Below the pieces are notes generated by a model. The model was not told where the DNA came from. It was given only the letters and a program-made list of their open reading frames with translations, and did not search any database. Shown here piece by piece: positions 18,008 to 29,192 of a stretch of DNA of 64,000 bases (positions are counted from its first letter, which is position 1; each line of letters starts with the position of its first letter). This stretch comes from Vicinamibacteria bacterium (GTDB lineage: Bacteria > Acidobacteriota > Vicinamibacteria > Marinacidobacterales > Marinacidobacteraceae), in contig OZ219815.1 of NCBI GenBank assembly GCA_964291235.2, positions 640,001 to 704,000 on the forward strand. The letters run 5' to 3'. Made by a program: the position numbers and the translations under genes.

Positions 18008-19315
18008 GTGCTCACCGATCGCTACGTCCGCCCCGAGATGGGGGCTATCTGGACCGACGAGGCGCTCTTTGCTTCGTGGATGGAGGTGGAGGTCGCCGCC
18101 GCCGAGGCGATGGCGGCCGAGGGGATCGTTCCCGAGACCGCCGCCGCCGCTATCCGGCGCCGGGCCGGCTTCGACATTTCCCGGATCCACGAGATCGAGA
18201 AAACGGTCCAGCACGACGTGGTGGCGTTCACCCAGTCGATGGCGGAGCACGTGGGCGCCGAAGGGCGCTGGATCCACTTCGGGCTCACCAGTTCCGACGT
18301 GGTGGACACCGCGCTCGCGACCCGGCTGGTCCGCTCCGCGGATCTGATCCTCAAGCGGATCGAAGAACTTCGGGCAATTCTCCGCCGCCGCGCCGACGAG
18401 CATCGCCGGACGGTGATGGTGGGACGCACCCACGGCGTCCATGCCGAGCCGATGACCTTCGGAATGAAGCTCGCCCTCTGGTGGGCCGAGATGGGACGCA
18501 ACCACCGCCGCCTCGCCGCCGCGCGGGAGGCGGTTCGCATCGGGAAGCTCAGCGGCGCGGTCGGCACCTTCGCCCACCTGCCCCCAAGCGTCGAGCAGCG
18601 GGTCTGCGGCGCCCTGGGCCTCCGTCCCGCGGCAATCTCCACCCAGGTCATCCAGCGCGACCGGCACGCCGAGCTGGCGGCCGCCCTCGCGATCCTCGCG
18701 GGCACCCTGGAAAAGATCGCCACCGAGATCCGCACCCTCCAGCGGACCGAGATCCGCGAGTTGGAGGAACCCTTCGGCCGCGGCCAGAAGGGCTCTTCGG
18801 CGATGCCCCACAAGCGGAACCCGGTCGGCTGCGAGCAGGTGTGCGGCCTCGCCCGGATCATCCGGGCAAACACCCTCCCCGCCATCGAGAACATCGCGCT
18901 CTGGAACGAGCGGGACATCTCCCATTCCTCGGCGGAGCGGATGGCCATTCCGCAGAGCTTTCTGCTGGCCGATCACATCCTGCTGCGCATGACCCGGATT
19001 CTCGACGGACTTGTGGTGCGCCAGGACTCCATGCTGGAGAACCTCAACCGGATGAACGGCATGGTGTTCAGCGGCCAGGTGCTGCTCGACCTCGCCGCGA
19101 AGGGGATCTCCCGCGAAGACGCGTACCGCATGGTGCAGGGGGCCGCCATGCGCCTTTGGGAAAGCGGCGGCACCTTGCGCCAGCGGCTCGACGAGGACGA
19201 TCGGATCACGGCGCTCCTGACTCGCGAGGAGCTCGATGCCGCGTTCGATCTCGACGTGCAGCTCCGGCATCTGGACGAGGTCTTCGAACGGGTATTCCGG
19301 GAGGACGACGCATGA
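18008..19315 (+). CDS. purB: Adenylosuccinate lyase
   Basis: HFGLTSSD, GRTHGVHAEP, GSSAMPHKRNP. Confidence 0.97.
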   Translation: MLTDRYVRPEMGAIWTDEALFASWMEVEVAAAEAMAAEGIVPETAAAAIRRRAGFDISRIHEIEKTVQHDVVAFTQSMAEHVGAEGRWIHFGLTSSDVVDTALATRLVRSADLILKRIEELRAILRRRADEHRRTVMVGRTHGVHAEPMTFGMKLALWWAEMGRNHRRLAAAREAVRIGKLSGAVGTFAHLPPSVEQRVCGALGLRPAAISTQVIQRDRHAELAAALAILAGTLEKIATEIRTLQRTEIRELEEPFGRGQKGSSAMPHKRNPVGCEQVCGLARIIRANTLPAIENIALWNERDISHSSAERMAIPQSFLLADHILLRMTRILDGLVVRQDSMLENLNRMNGMVFSGQVLLDLAAKGISREDAYRMVQGAAMRLWESGGTLRQRLDEDDRITALLTREELDAAFDLDVQLRHLDEVFERVFREDDA

Positions 19316-19563
19316 AGTTCCGGGTCCGGGTGTTGGTCCGGCTGCGGCCCTCGGTGTATGACCCGCAGGGGGAAGCCATCCGGCGGGCGATCGCGGCCGA
19401 TCCGCGCCTCAGCGCGGAGTCCGTCCGCCAGGGAAAGATGTTCGAACTGGAAATCAAGGCCGGATCGCCCAGCGAGGCGAAGTCGCGAGGCGAGGAGATC
19501 GCTTCCCGGGTACTTGCCAACCCCGTGCTCGAGGACTTCAGCGTCCAGGTGATTCTCAACTGA
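19312..19563 (+). CDS. purS: FGAM synthase subunit PurS
   Basis: DPQGEAI, VRQGK, LANPVLE; ATG overlaps the purB stop. Confidence 0.93.
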   Translation: MKFRVRVLVRLRPSVYDPQGEAIRRAIAADPRLSAESVRQGKMFELEIKAGSPSEAKSRGEEIASRVLANPVLEDFSVQVILN

Positions 19564-20258
19564 TGGCTCGCTTCGCGGTACTCGTTTTCCCCGGGACAAA
19601 CTGCGAAGGCGATGTGCTTCATGCCCTCCAGACGGTGACTGGCCAGCCAGCGGAACTCGTCTGGCACAAGGAGGGCTCGCTCGACGGGTTCGACGCGGCA
19701 GTCGTGCCGGGCGGGTTTGCCCACGGTGACTACCTGCGGGCGGGCGGGCTCGCCCGTTTCTCCCCCGTCATGGAGCCCCTCGCCCGGATGGCGGAGAGTG
19801 GGCGGGCCGTGGTCGGAATCTGCAACGGCTTCCAAATCCTCCAGGAGGCCGGCCTGCTGCCGGGCGCCATGCTGCGGAACCGGTCCCTTTCCTACGTGTG
19901 TCGGGACGTTCGGATACGCGTCGAAGCGAGTTCTTCGTCCCTCACCTGCGGGCTTGCACCCGGCGCCACGCTTCGGATGCCGGTGGGGCATGCGGAGGGA
20001 AACTTCCGCGCCGACGACGAGGTTCTGGAAGCGCTCGAGGCCGACGAGCAGGTGATCTTTCGCTATTGCGACGAAGACGGGGAAGCCAGCGACGACGCGA
20101 ACCCGAACGGCTCCCGGAACAACATCGCGGGACTCCAAAACCGCCGGGGCAATGTTGCGGCCCTGATGCCCCACCCCGACCGGGCTTACGAAGAGGCGCT
20201 CGGCGGCGCCGACGGTTGCCACCTCTTCGAGAGCCTCCACCGGTTCACCGAATCGTGA
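19563..20258 (+). CDS. purQ: FGAM synthase glutaminase subunit
   Basis: [30 protein letters not shown]. Confidence 0.96.
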   Translation: MARFAVLVFPGTNCEGDVLHALQTVTGQPAELVWHKEGSLDGFDAAVVPGGFAHGDYLRAGGLARFSPVMEPLARMAESGRAVVGICNGFQILQEAGLLPGAMLRNRSLSYVCRDVRIRVEASSSSLTCGLAPGATLRMPVGHAEGNFRADDEVLEALEADEQVIFRYCDEDGEASDDANPNGSRNNIAGLQNRRGNVAALMPHPDRAYEEALGGADGCHLFESLHRFTES

Positions 20259-20268
20259 GCCCCCGCCC

Positions 20269-22491
20269 GTGAAGCCGGTCGCGACTCTCGAAGCAGCCCT
20301 CGCTGCGGGGCTCACCGCCGAGGAGTTCCACCAGATCGGGGGCCGACTCGGAAGAGCCCCGAATCCGACCGAACTCGGAATGTTCTCCGCCATGTGGTCG
20401 GAGCACTGCTCGTACAAATCCTCGCGGCGGCATCTCGCCCGCTTTCCGACCGAATCGCCGAGCGTCATCGAGGGCCCCGGGGAAAACGCCGGTGCGGTGG
20501 ACATCGGCCATGGCCTGGCCGCGGTCTTCAAGGTGGAATCGCACAATCACCCCACCTTCATCGAACCGTTCCAGGGCGCGGCGACCGGCGTGGGCGGCAT
20601 CCTGCGGGACATCTTCACCATGGGGGCGCGGCCGGTCGCACTCATGAACTCGCTCCGGTTCGGCCCGCTGACCGTTCCCAGGAACCGGGCCCTGCTCACC
20701 GGAGCGGTCGCCGGAATCGCCAACTACGGAAACAGCATGGGAATCCCTACCGTCGGCGGCGAGGTCTTTTTCGAGGACTGTTATTCCCTGAATCCGCTGG
20801 TCAACGCCTTCGCGCTCGGAATCGCTCCCGCGGACCGGATCTTCCGGGCCCGCGCCGATGCGCCCGGAAGCCCGATCTGGTGCGTCGGCAGCAAGACCGG
20901 ACGCGACGGGATCCACGGCGCGTCCATGGCGTCGGCGGCGTTCGACGAAGAGGCCGAAGCGAAGCGGCCAACTGTCCAGGTCGGAGATCCCTTCCTCGAG
21001 AAGCTGCTCATGGAGGCGTGTCTCGAACTCATGCAGGGGGACGCGCTGATTGCGGTGCAGGACATGGGGGCTGCCGGGCTCACCTGCTCCACCGCCGAGG
21101 TGGCGTCCCGCGGCGGCGCCGGGGTGGAGATCGAACTGGACCGGGTCGCCCAGCGCGAAACCGGAATGAACGCCTACGAGATCATGCTCTCGGAGTCTCA
21201 GGAGCGAATGCTCCTCGTGGTCCGGAACGGCTGCGAGGCCGAGGTATCCCGGATCTTCGACAAGTGGGACCTCGATGCGGCCCCCATCGGCACGGTGAGC
21301 GGCGACGGCCTGCTCCGCGTCCGTCATGGAGGACAGGTCGCGGCCGAGGTGCCCTGCCGGGCGCTGACCGACGACGCTCCGGCATTCGACCGGCCCACCG
21401 CGCGGCCTTCGTGGTGGCCCGCCCCCGAAATCACCCCGGCCGACCTCCCCGAGCCCTCCGACTGGAACGCGGTGGTCCGGGCACTCGCGGGATCCCCCGA
21501 GCTTTCCAGCCGCCGGTTCATCTACGAGCAGTACGACCACATGGTCCGCAGCGACACGATCGTCCGTCCCGGGGGGGACGCCGGGGTGGTGCGGATCAAG
21601 GGGACGGGAATCGGAATCGCCATGTCCCTCGACGGCAACGGCCGCTATACGGCCCGCGATCCCCGCCGGGGGGGCGCACTGGCGGTCGCCGAGGCTTGCC
21701 GGAACCTCGCCACGGTCGGAGCAACGCCGGTCGGCGCCACCAACTGTCTCAACTTCGGAAACCCGGAACGGCCGGAGATCATGTGGGAGTTCACCGAAGC
21801 CATCGCCGGCATGACCGAGGCGCTCGAGGTCCTCGGAGTGCCCATCACCGGCGGCAACGTCAGCTTCTACAACGAGACGGAGGGCCGCAACATCTTCCCC
21901 ACGCCGGTGGTCGGCGTGGTCGGTGTCCTCTCGGAGGCAACCGGGCGGATCCCACAGCACTTCACGGCGGCGGGGGATCTCCTCTTCCTGGCGGGTCCCG
22001 AAGGCGGAGACGCGCTCGGCGCGAGCGCCTTCCTGAAGGAACACCACGGGAGCACCGACGGGCGGCCGCCGAAGCCGAACCTCGATGCGGAGGTCCGTCT
22101 CGGAGCCTTTCTCAGGGAGGCGGGGGCAGCGGGACTCGTCGCCTCGGCGCGCGATCTCTCCGAGGGAGGACTCGCCGCGGCGGCGATCGAGAGTCTCTTC
22201 GCTCCCGACGGCTCCATGCTGGGCGCCGAACTCCAGGTTGCATGTGCAAAGCGGCTCGAGGGGGCGCTCTTCGGCGAAGCGCCCGCGCGGGCCTTGCTCA
22301 GCGTGCGGCCGGCTGACGCGGATGCGCTTGCCGAGCTCGCATCACGCCACGGGGTGCCGCTTGGGGAACTGGGCCTCGTGGGAGGCGACGCACTCCGGGT
22401 CCGGACGAATGGAGCCCCGACGGTTTCCCTCGATGTCGAGGACATCGCCGATGCCTTCCGGAACAGTTTGGGACGGATCGCCACCGGATAG
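20269..22491 (+). CDS. purL: FGAM synthase subunit PurL
   Basis: [37 protein letters not shown]. Confidence 0.97.
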   Translation: MKPVATLEAALAAGLTAEEFHQIGGRLGRAPNPTELGMFSAMWSEHCSYKSSRRHLARFPTESPSVIEGPGENAGAVDIGHGLAAVFKVESHNHPTFIEPFQGAATGVGGILRDIFTMGARPVALMNSLRFGPLTVPRNRALLTGAVAGIANYGNSMGIPTVGGEVFFEDCYSLNPLVNAFALGIAPADRIFRARADAPGSPIWCVGSKTGRDGIHGASMASAAFDEEAEAKRPTVQVGDPFLEKLLMEACLELMQGDALIAVQDMGAAGLTCSTAEVASRGGAGVEIELDRVAQRETGMNAYEIMLSESQERMLLVVRNGCEAEVSRIFDKWDLDAAPIGTVSGDGLLRVRHGGQVAAEVPCRALTDDAPAFDRPTARPSWWPAPEITPADLPEPSDWNAVVRALAGSPELSSRRFIYEQYDHMVRSDTIVRPGGDAGVVRIKGTGIGIAMSLDGNGRYTARDPRRGGALAVAEACRNLATVGATPVGATNCLNFGNPERPEIMWEFTEAIAGMTEALEVLGVPITGGNVSFYNETEGRNIFPTPVVGVVGVLSEATGRIPQHFTAAGDLLFLAGPEGGDALGASAFLKEHHGSTDGRPPKPNLDAEVRLGAFLREAGAAGLVASARDLSEGGLAAAAIESLFAPDGSMLGAELQVACAKRLEGALFGEAPARALLSVRPADADALAELASRHGVPLGELGLVGGDALRVRTNGAPTVSLDVEDIADAFRNSLGRIATG

Positions 22492-22516
22492 CCGGGGGGC
22501 CGGGTAGGATGCACGG

Positions 22517-23980
22517 GTGAGCCAGATCGAGCTCCCGGTGGTCGATCACCCCGGTCCTCCCGAGAGGGACACTGCGGACCGGTTCCATGAGGAGTGCGGG
22601 GTCGTCGGGATCTGGAATCACCCGGAGGCGGCGCGCCTTGCCTATCTGGGGCTCTACGCGCTGCAGCACCGCGGCCAGGAGGCCGCCGGCATCGTCGCCG
22701 CGGCTCCGGACCGGAGAGGCCTCGTCGGGGTGAACGGCCCGGGGCACGTGGCGGATGTATTCGATGTCGACGCGCTCGACACCCTCGCGGGACGCGCGGC
22801 GATCGGGCACACCCGCTATTCCACCGCCGGAGACAGCAGCCCCAAGAACATCCAGCCCATCCAGATCGAGTGCAAGTTCGGCCACATCGCGGTCTGCCAC
22901 AACGGCAATCTGGTGAATGCCCACATCCTGCGGCACATGCTGGTGCAGCGGGGCTCCATCTTCCGCACCACGAGCGATACCGAGGTGCTCGTGCACCTGT
23001 TCGCCAAGTCCGGGCAGACCGAGGAGCTGGAAGCGGTAGCCGAGGCGGTCCGCCAGGCCGAGGGGGCTTTCTCGCTGCTCTTCCTGACCGAGGACGCCCT
23101 TTACGCGGTCCGGGACCCACGGGGTTTCCGGCCACTGCTACTCGGCAAGGCGGGCGACGGTTACGTGGTCTGCTCCGAGACCTGCGCCCTCGATCTGCTC
23201 GACGCCGAGTACATCCGGGACATCGACGCGGGCGAGATGATCCGGATCGACGGCGACGGGATCCACTCGCTGAAGGTCTTCGACGAGGCGCCGATTTCCC
23301 AGTGCATCTTCGAGCACGTCTATTTCGCCCGCCCGGATAGCCGCGTTTTCGGCCGGGACGTTTACAAGACCCGGATCAAACTGGGGCAGAGCCTCGCCGC
23401 AAGCACCGGAGTCGAAGCCGACGTGGTGGTTCCGGTTCCGGACTCGGGCCTCATAGCCGCCATCGGCTACTCCCAGGCCACCGGGATACCGCTCGAGATG
23501 GGGCTGATCCGCAACCACTACGTGGGACGGACGTTCATCGAGCCCCGGCAGTCCATCCGGAACTTCGGAGTCCGGGTGAAGCTGAATCCGGTGCCCGCCG
23601 TGCTGAAGGGCCGCCGGGTCATCCTGGTTGACGATTCCATCGTGCGGGGCACGACGAGCCGCAAGCTGGTGCAGATGGCGCGGAACGCCGGCGCCACCGA
23701 GGTCCATTTCCGGGTGTCCTCGCCCCCCACGACCGGTCCCTGCCACTACGGCATCGACACCCCGCTACGGTCGGAGCTGATCGCGGCCAAACAGAGCGTG
23801 GAGGAAATCCGGCAGTACCTGAACGCGGACAGCCTGGCCTATTTGCCCCTCGAGGCTCTCGAAGACTCGGTGGAGGAGGAGCGGGACCGCTACTGCACCG
23901 CGTGCTTCTCGGGCAAATACCCGCTACCGGTTCCGGAGGCCGACCGCGCCCGCAGCCTGTTCGGCAAGGAGCGTCACTAG
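22517..23980 (+). CDS. purF: Amidophosphoribosyltransferase
   Basis: EECGV propeptide junction, QHRGQ, VDDSIVRGTT, Fe-S cysteines (CTAC). Confidence 0.97.
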   Translation: MSQIELPVVDHPGPPERDTADRFHEECGVVGIWNHPEAARLAYLGLYALQHRGQEAAGIVAAAPDRRGLVGVNGPGHVADVFDVDALDTLAGRAAIGHTRYSTAGDSSPKNIQPIQIECKFGHIAVCHNGNLVNAHILRHMLVQRGSIFRTTSDTEVLVHLFAKSGQTEELEAVAEAVRQAEGAFSLLFLTEDALYAVRDPRGFRPLLLGKAGDGYVVCSETCALDLLDAEYIRDIDAGEMIRIDGDGIHSLKVFDEAPISQCIFEHVYFARPDSRVFGRDVYKTRIKLGQSLAASTGVEADVVVPVPDSGLIAAIGYSQATGIPLEMGLIRNHYVGRTFIEPRQSIRNFGVRVKLNPVPAVLKGRRVILVDDSIVRGTTSRKLVQMARNAGATEVHFRVSSPPTTGPCHYGIDTPLRSELIAAKQSVEEIRQYLNADSLAYLPLEALEDSVEEERDRYCTACFSGKYPLPVPEADRARSLFGKERH

Positions 23981-24078
23981 CAACCTGTGGTGAAAGCACC
24001 CCGCACGAGGCCCGGGGACATTCGGCGCTGTGAGTCTGCCGATCTCCATGTGTGCGGGGTGCTTTCACCACGGGCTGC
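23977..24078. mobile_element. MITE-like element (family A) at the purF stop codon
   Basis: Starts CTAGCAACCTGTGG; perfect 20-bp inverted repeat at 23987-24006 and 24052-24071. Confidence 0.75.
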
Positions 24079-24132
24079 CCCCGGATGTTTCACCGGGCGC
24101 CCGAGACACTCACAGGAAGAAGCAGCAAACAA

Positions 24133-25890
24133 ATGAGTAGACGAATCGCACGGATCGTGGTTCCGGTCGCCCTGGCGGCGACCCTCGCCGTGGGAGTTCT
24201 CGCGCTTCCCCCGCGAGCCCTCGCCCAGGCCGCCCCGGCCCAGGCCCCGATCAACACTTACAACGCCATCCACCACCCGGTCGTGGGGCGGAACGGGATG
24301 GTGGCCAGCCAGAACTTTCTGGCCACCCGGATCGGCGTGGACATCCTGCGCCAGGGTGGCAACGCCATCGACGCGGGGGTGGCCGTGGGGCTGGCGCTCG
24401 CGGTGACCCTGCCGCGCGCGGGCAACGTGGGGGGCGGCGGCTTCATCCTGGTGCACCTGGCCGAGGAGAACCGCACGGTCGCGGTGGACTTCCGCGAGAC
24501 CGCTCCCGCGGCCGCGCATTCCGACATGTTTTTCGGGGAGGACGGCGAGGTCGACGACGACGAGTACCGCTTCAGCCACAAGTCGTCGGCGATTCCGGCG
24601 TCGGTGGCCGGCTTCGATCACCTGCTGCGCAACTACGGCACGATGAGCTGGCGGGAAGTGGCCGAGCCGGCCATCGAGATGGCGCGCGACGGCGTGGTGG
24701 TGTGGGAGGACCTGGCCGTGAACCTCGCCCGCAGCAAGACGCGGCTCAGCGCCAACCCCGCCTCGCGGGCCAAGTTCTACAAGCCCGACGGCTCGAACTA
24801 CGAGGTAGGCGACATCTACCGGCAGCCGGATCTCGCCTGGACGTTGGAGCAAATCGCGGAGGGGGGCGCTGAAGCGTTCTACGGGGGCGAGATCGCACGC
24901 CGCATCGCCAACGACATGGCGAAACACAACGGCCTGATCACGATGGAAGACCTGGCCAGCTACCGCGTCGTCGAGCGCGAGCCGGTGCGCGGTACCTTCC
25001 GGGGCTACGACATCGCGGCCATGTCGGCGCCCAGTTCGGGCGGGATGCACATCGTCCAGATGCTGAACATCTTCGAGAACTTCCCGTTGAAAGAGATGGG
25101 CTACGGCAGCGCGGACGCCATGCACGTCATGGCCGAGTCGATGAGGCTCGCGTACGCCGACCGCAGCAAGTACCTGGGCGACCCGGATCACCTCGATCTC
25201 CCGGTCGCCGCGCTCACGAGCAAGGACTACGCGGCGGAACTCGCGAAAGGCATCTCCCTCAGTCGCGCCCGGCCGTCAGCGGAGGTCGGTCCCGGCAACC
25301 TGGCGCCCTACGAGAGCCCGGAGACCACCCACTATTCGGTCCTCGACAGCGAGGGCAACGCGCTGGTCAACACCTACACGCTGATGTTCTCCTACGGCTC
25401 GGGGGTCGTGATCGACGGCACCGGCATCCTCATGAACAACAACCTCGGCAACTTCACATTGAGGCCCGACATCCCCGACGCATTCGGGCTGATGGGAAGC
25501 GCGGATAACCAGATCGCGGCGGGCCGCCGCCCGGTCAGTTCGATGACGCCCATCATCGTGCTGCGCGAAGGCCGGCCGTTCCTGCTCACCGGAACCCCGG
25601 GCGGCAGCCGCATCATCACCACCAACCTGCAATTGCTGGTGAACGTGCTCGAACACGGCATGAACATCGCCGACGCCACCGCGCGACCCCGGATGCACCA
25701 CCAGTGGTACCCGGACCGGCTGGAGCTGGAGAGCGGCTTCAGCCCCGACGTGATCCGCGCGCTGCGGGCCCGCGGCCACGACGTGCAGTTCAGCGCCGGC
25801 ATGGGGAGCCTGCAGACGGTGATGTTCGCCGACGGGCTGTTCTACGGCTACGGCGACCCGCGTCGGCCGGGGGCGATGGCGCTCGGGTGA
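24133..25890 (+). CDS. ggt: Gamma-glutamyltransferase
   Basis: GGNAIDA, DFRETAP, autocleavage ETTHYS, RPVSSMTP, GTPGGSRI; signal peptide. Confidence 0.95.
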   Translation: MSRRIARIVVPVALAATLAVGVLALPPRALAQAAPAQAPINTYNAIHHPVVGRNGMVASQNFLATRIGVDILRQGGNAIDAGVAVGLALAVTLPRAGNVGGGGFILVHLAEENRTVAVDFRETAPAAAHSDMFFGEDGEVDDDEYRFSHKSSAIPASVAGFDHLLRNYGTMSWREVAEPAIEMARDGVVVWEDLAVNLARSKTRLSANPASRAKFYKPDGSNYEVGDIYRQPDLAWTLEQIAEGGAEAFYGGEIARRIANDMAKHNGLITMEDLASYRVVEREPVRGTFRGYDIAAMSAPSSGGMHIVQMLNIFENFPLKEMGYGSADAMHVMAESMRLAYADRSKYLGDPDHLDLPVAALTSKDYAAELAKGISLSRARPSAEVGPGNLAPYESPETTHYSVLDSEGNALVNTYTLMFSYGSGVVIDGTGILMNNNLGNFTLRPDIPDAFGLMGSADNQIAAGRRPVSSMTPIIVLREGRPFLLTGTPGGSRIITTNLQLLVNVLEHGMNIADATARPRMHHQWYPDRLELESGFSPDVIRALRARGHDVQFSAGMGSLQTVMFADGLFYGYGDPRRPGAMALG

Positions 25891-25950
25891 GGACCGGACG
25901 GCAGCCACATCGTCCTCCTGGAATCGATGGCCCCGGCGATAGCTTGGCCG

Positions 25951-26300
25951 GGAACAGGTTGGAGAGTTTCGCCTCGCTTTGCTCGGCGATGCCAGCCGGA
26001 GACTGGCGCTCCTACCCCTGGTGACGGCGCCCCAGGCCCAAACGGGGACGGCGTAACGCCCCTGTGCCCTCCTCCCTGCAGCACCGCCGCCCTCCACCCC
26101 CACGGCGCGCGACAGCGGAGCGCCGGCCTCCGGCCGGCATCGCGGCCAAAGGCCGCGAAACTCACCCACCTCGTCCGCCGCACCGCACCCATCCAAACGG
26201 GGACGGCGCATCGTCACACTCCACAAATGCGGAGCGGAACAGGTTGGAGAGTTTCGCCTCGCTTTGCTCGGCGATGCCAGCCAGAGGCTGGCGCTCCTAC
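25951..26300. repeat. BIME-like cluster of three REP units (family B) in alternating orientation
   Basis: 65-bp direct repeats at 25951-26015 and 26236-26300 (2 mismatches; GTAG at the 5' end on the minus strand) flank an inverted, diverged copy at 26117-26171. Confidence 0.85.
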
Positions 26301-26313
26301 TCCCAGCGGGTCG

Positions 26314-29076
26314 TCAGACCCCCTCTTCCGATGAAGCGTCCAGCGGCGCGCCCTCGGCGTCCACGCGGCGAACCGGACCGAGGCCCTCAAGCGCCGGCCC
26401 CAGGCGCCCCTCGTCACCGACCGCCACCAGCGCACTCCCTTCGCTTCCGAGATAACGGGCGGCGGCTTCCGCAACCTGCTCGCGGGTCACCGCTTCGATC
26501 CGCGCCGGATAGTTCCGGATTTCCGAGAGCGGCTCGCCCCGCTGGAGAACCCCGGCGATGATCCCGGACACTCCCCCGAGAGTTTCGAAGCGCTGCGCAT
26601 GAGTACGGGTGATGGCGAGCTTCGCTTCGGTCAGTTCCCGCATCCGAATCGGACGCTTTCCGGACGCGAGACCGTCCACCTCGGACAACATCTCTCGGAT
26701 TGCCGGCGCGGCCTGCTCGATGTTGAGCGACGCAGAGGCCGTGAGGATGGAGCGACGGGGAAGTTGCCTCGCCCCCGAGAACGCTCCGTAGGTGGCGCCC
26801 ATCCGCTCGCGGAGGTTCTGGTTCAGCCGGCTGGAGAATCCGCCCCCGAGGATGTGCAGCGCGAGACGTAGCGCATCGCGGTCCGCGGAGTCCCGCGGCG
26901 GCCCCTGCTTGCGCCAGGCCACCACCGCCTGCGGCCCTTCCTTGCCGGTCGGATGAAGCAGCACACCGGTTGCCGCGGCGGGAGGATCGCCCGGGGTTTC
27001 GTCGCTGGAGTCCCCGGTCGGTTCCCAGTCGCCGAAAAACTCCTCGAAGCGAGCCGCCGCCAGGTCGGGGTCCAGGTCCCCGCACAAGACGATCCTGGCC
27101 CCCTCGGGGGTGAAATGCGATCCATGGAAGGCGGCAAGATCGGCGGTGGTAACGGCCGGTAAGGTGGCTTCGTCCCCGCGCCAACCGTAGGGATGCCCGT
27201 CGGAGAACGCCGTGCGGCGCACGATGCGCCGGAGCACCGCAGTCGGTTCGGCCCGAGCCTCCTCAAGCTCATCGAGCCGGATCGGGACGATCCGCCCGAG
27301 TTCCGCCTCGGGAAATGCTGGATTCAGGAGCAGATCAGCGGTGAGTTCAAGGGTCGCAACCAGGTGCTCGGACAGACAGGAAAAGCTGATGGATGACTGC
27401 TCCGTTCCGGACCGGGCGCCGATGTCGGCTCCGATCCGGTCGGCCTCCGCCTCGAACTGACTGGCCGTGCGGTTCTTCGTCCCCCGGCTCAGCATTTCCG
27501 CGGTGAGGCTCGCCAGTCCCGCCAGCTTCCGGGGTTCGTTCTGTCTGCCGCCGGAAACCATGATGGTGCCGACGATCTTGGGAAGGTCGTGGCGGGGCAA
27601 TACGTAGAGGCCGACCCCGTTCCCGAGTTCCCGAAATTCCGGGAGCGGAGGCTCGAAATGGCCCCTCCGGCCGCGCCGGGGAAGACGCGAACGATCCGGC
27701 TCGGGCGGGGGTTTCGCGTCATTCGGCGCCGGCGCCGCTGCGGGCGACCGCCACTCCCCCGGCCCGATGGCCACCGGAACCACCGGCGGCTCGCCTTCGG
27801 TTTCCGGTTCGCCGTAGAGCAACTCGACGCGGGGCGCGAGCAGGTATTTGCGGGCCGCTCGCCGCAGGTCTTCGCGGGTCACTTCCCGGTACCGCACCCA
27901 GTGCTCTGACAGCTTCGTCGGGTCTCCGCTGAACGTCGCGTAGCGGGCGAGCAGGTCCGCCTTGGTTCCCAGCCGTTCGAGGGCGCCCACGAAGGCGACC
28001 TGGGTCGCCGCCTTCACCCGCTGCAGCTCCTCCTCGGTTGGTCCATCGTCAGCCATCCGGACCAGTTCCTCGTCCATCTGCTCGCGCAGGCGGGCGAGGG
28101 AGACCTTCGGGCGCGCAGTGGCAACGACCCCCGTCAGGCCGCCCGATTCCAGCGAATAGTGGAAGGCGCTGACCTCGGAAGCGGTGCGGTCCTCATAGAC
28201 CATCCGGCGGTAGAGCCGCGAGTTCAGGCCGTCCGACAGGACTTCCGACAGCATGTCGAGCGCCGGTTCGTCTTCGTGAAAGAACGGGACCGTGGACCAG
28301 CCACAGTAGATCCGCGCGTGGGGCACCGCCTCCGGGACCACGATGCGGCGGTGCGCGGTCCGGTTCGCGGCGGGGAACGACGGACGGCCGGGAACCTTCC
28401 CGGGCGGGATCGGTCCGAAGTAGCGCCGCACGAGTTCCATCGCCCGGCGCTCGTCGTAGTCGCCGGCAACCACCAGCACCGCATTGTTCGGGGCGTACCA
28501 GGTACGGAAGAAGTCGTGGACCTCGCCCAGGTCGGCGGCGGCCAGGTGGGCCATGTCGCCGATCACGTCCCACGAATACGGATGTCCGGGAGGAAACAGC
28601 GCGTGGAACATCTTTTCCCATGCCGTCCCGTAGGGCACGTTGTCCATGCGCTGGAAACGCTCGTTGCGGACTACTTCACGTTGCGTGTCCAGTTTGGTCT
28701 GGTCGAGGACATCGAGGAGATACGCCATCCGGTCCGATTCGGCCCACAGCGCGAGTCCGAGCGCCTCCCGCGGCACCGTCTCGTAGTAGTTCGTCCGGTC
28801 GTGACTCGTGGTGCCGTTCACCCCACCTGCCGACAGGCTGGCGCCAGCCCGCTCCATGAGCCGGATGAAGTGGCTGTTGTTGTGGCGCGAGCCTTCAAAC
28901 ATCAGGTGTTCGAAGAGGTGGGCGAATCCGGTGCGCCAGGGCTGCTCGTTCTTGGATCCGACGTGGTACCAGAGCGCCACGTGCACGACCGGGAGACGGC
29001 GGTCCTCGTGGAGCAGCACCCGGAGTCCGTTCCCGAGGGTCCGAGCCTTGACCGGGACCGAGATGTCGGGGGCCAT
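26314..29076 (-). CDS. M16 (pitrilysin-family) zinc peptidase, two-half fusion
   Basis: TGFAHLFEHLMF inverted zincin motif, NGTT, RLNQNLRE; start at 29076 or 29127. Confidence 0.93.
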   Translation of the reverse strand: MAPDISVPVKARTLGNGLRVLLHEDRRLPVVHVALWYHVGSKNEQPWRTGFAHLFEHLMFEGSRHNNSHFIRLMERAGASLSAGGVNGTTSHDRTNYYETVPREALGLALWAESDRMAYLLDVLDQTKLDTQREVVRNERFQRMDNVPYGTAWEKMFHALFPPGHPYSWDVIGDMAHLAAADLGEVHDFFRTWYAPNNAVLVVAGDYDERRAMELVRRYFGPIPPGKVPGRPSFPAANRTAHRRIVVPEAVPHARIYCGWSTVPFFHEDEPALDMLSEVLSDGLNSRLYRRMVYEDRTASEVSAFHYSLESGGLTGVVATARPKVSLARLREQMDEELVRMADDGPTEEELQRVKAATQVAFVGALERLGTKADLLARYATFSGDPTKLSEHWVRYREVTREDLRRAARKYLLAPRVELLYGEPETEGEPPVVPVAIGPGEWRSPAAAPAPNDAKPPPEPDRSRLPRRGRRGHFEPPLPEFRELGNGVGLYVLPRHDLPKIVGTIMVSGGRQNEPRKLAGLASLTAEMLSRGTKNRTASQFEAEADRIGADIGARSGTEQSSISFSCLSEHLVATLELTADLLLNPAFPEAELGRIVPIRLDELEEARAEPTAVLRRIVRRTAFSDGHPYGWRGDEATLPAVTTADLAAFHGSHFTPEGARIVLCGDLDPDLAAARFEEFFGDWEPTGDSSDETPGDPPAAATGVLLHPTGKEGPQAVVAWRKQGPPRDSADRDALRLALHILGGGFSSRLNQNLRERMGATYGAFSGARQLPRRSILTASASLNIEQAAPAIREMLSEVDGLASGKRPIRMRELTEAKLAITRTHAQRFETLGGVSGIIAGVLQRGEPLSEIRNYPARIEAVTREQVAEAAARYLGSEGSALVAVGDEGRLGPALEGLGPVRRVDAEGAPLDASSEEGV

Positions 29077-29192
29077 TTCGGCGGCAGCCCGCCCCCTGGA
29101 AGCTGCGATTGGAGTCGATTCAGGCACGAAGGGCCGGGAATATACTGCCCTCCCTCCAGACGTTCTCTCATTTCTTGCGGATAGCCGGTCGC

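Noticed and set aside
15256-18015. 919-aa ORF as a large RlmN fusion
   Set aside because: The N-terminal part is antisense to the MBL gene and the C-terminal part is frameshift read-through. Only ~16848-15728 is RlmN.
25951-26300. Possible CRISPR array
   Set aside because: Only two 65-bp direct repeats with a 220-bp gap that contains an inverted copy, and no cas genes. It fits a REP/BIME arrangement.
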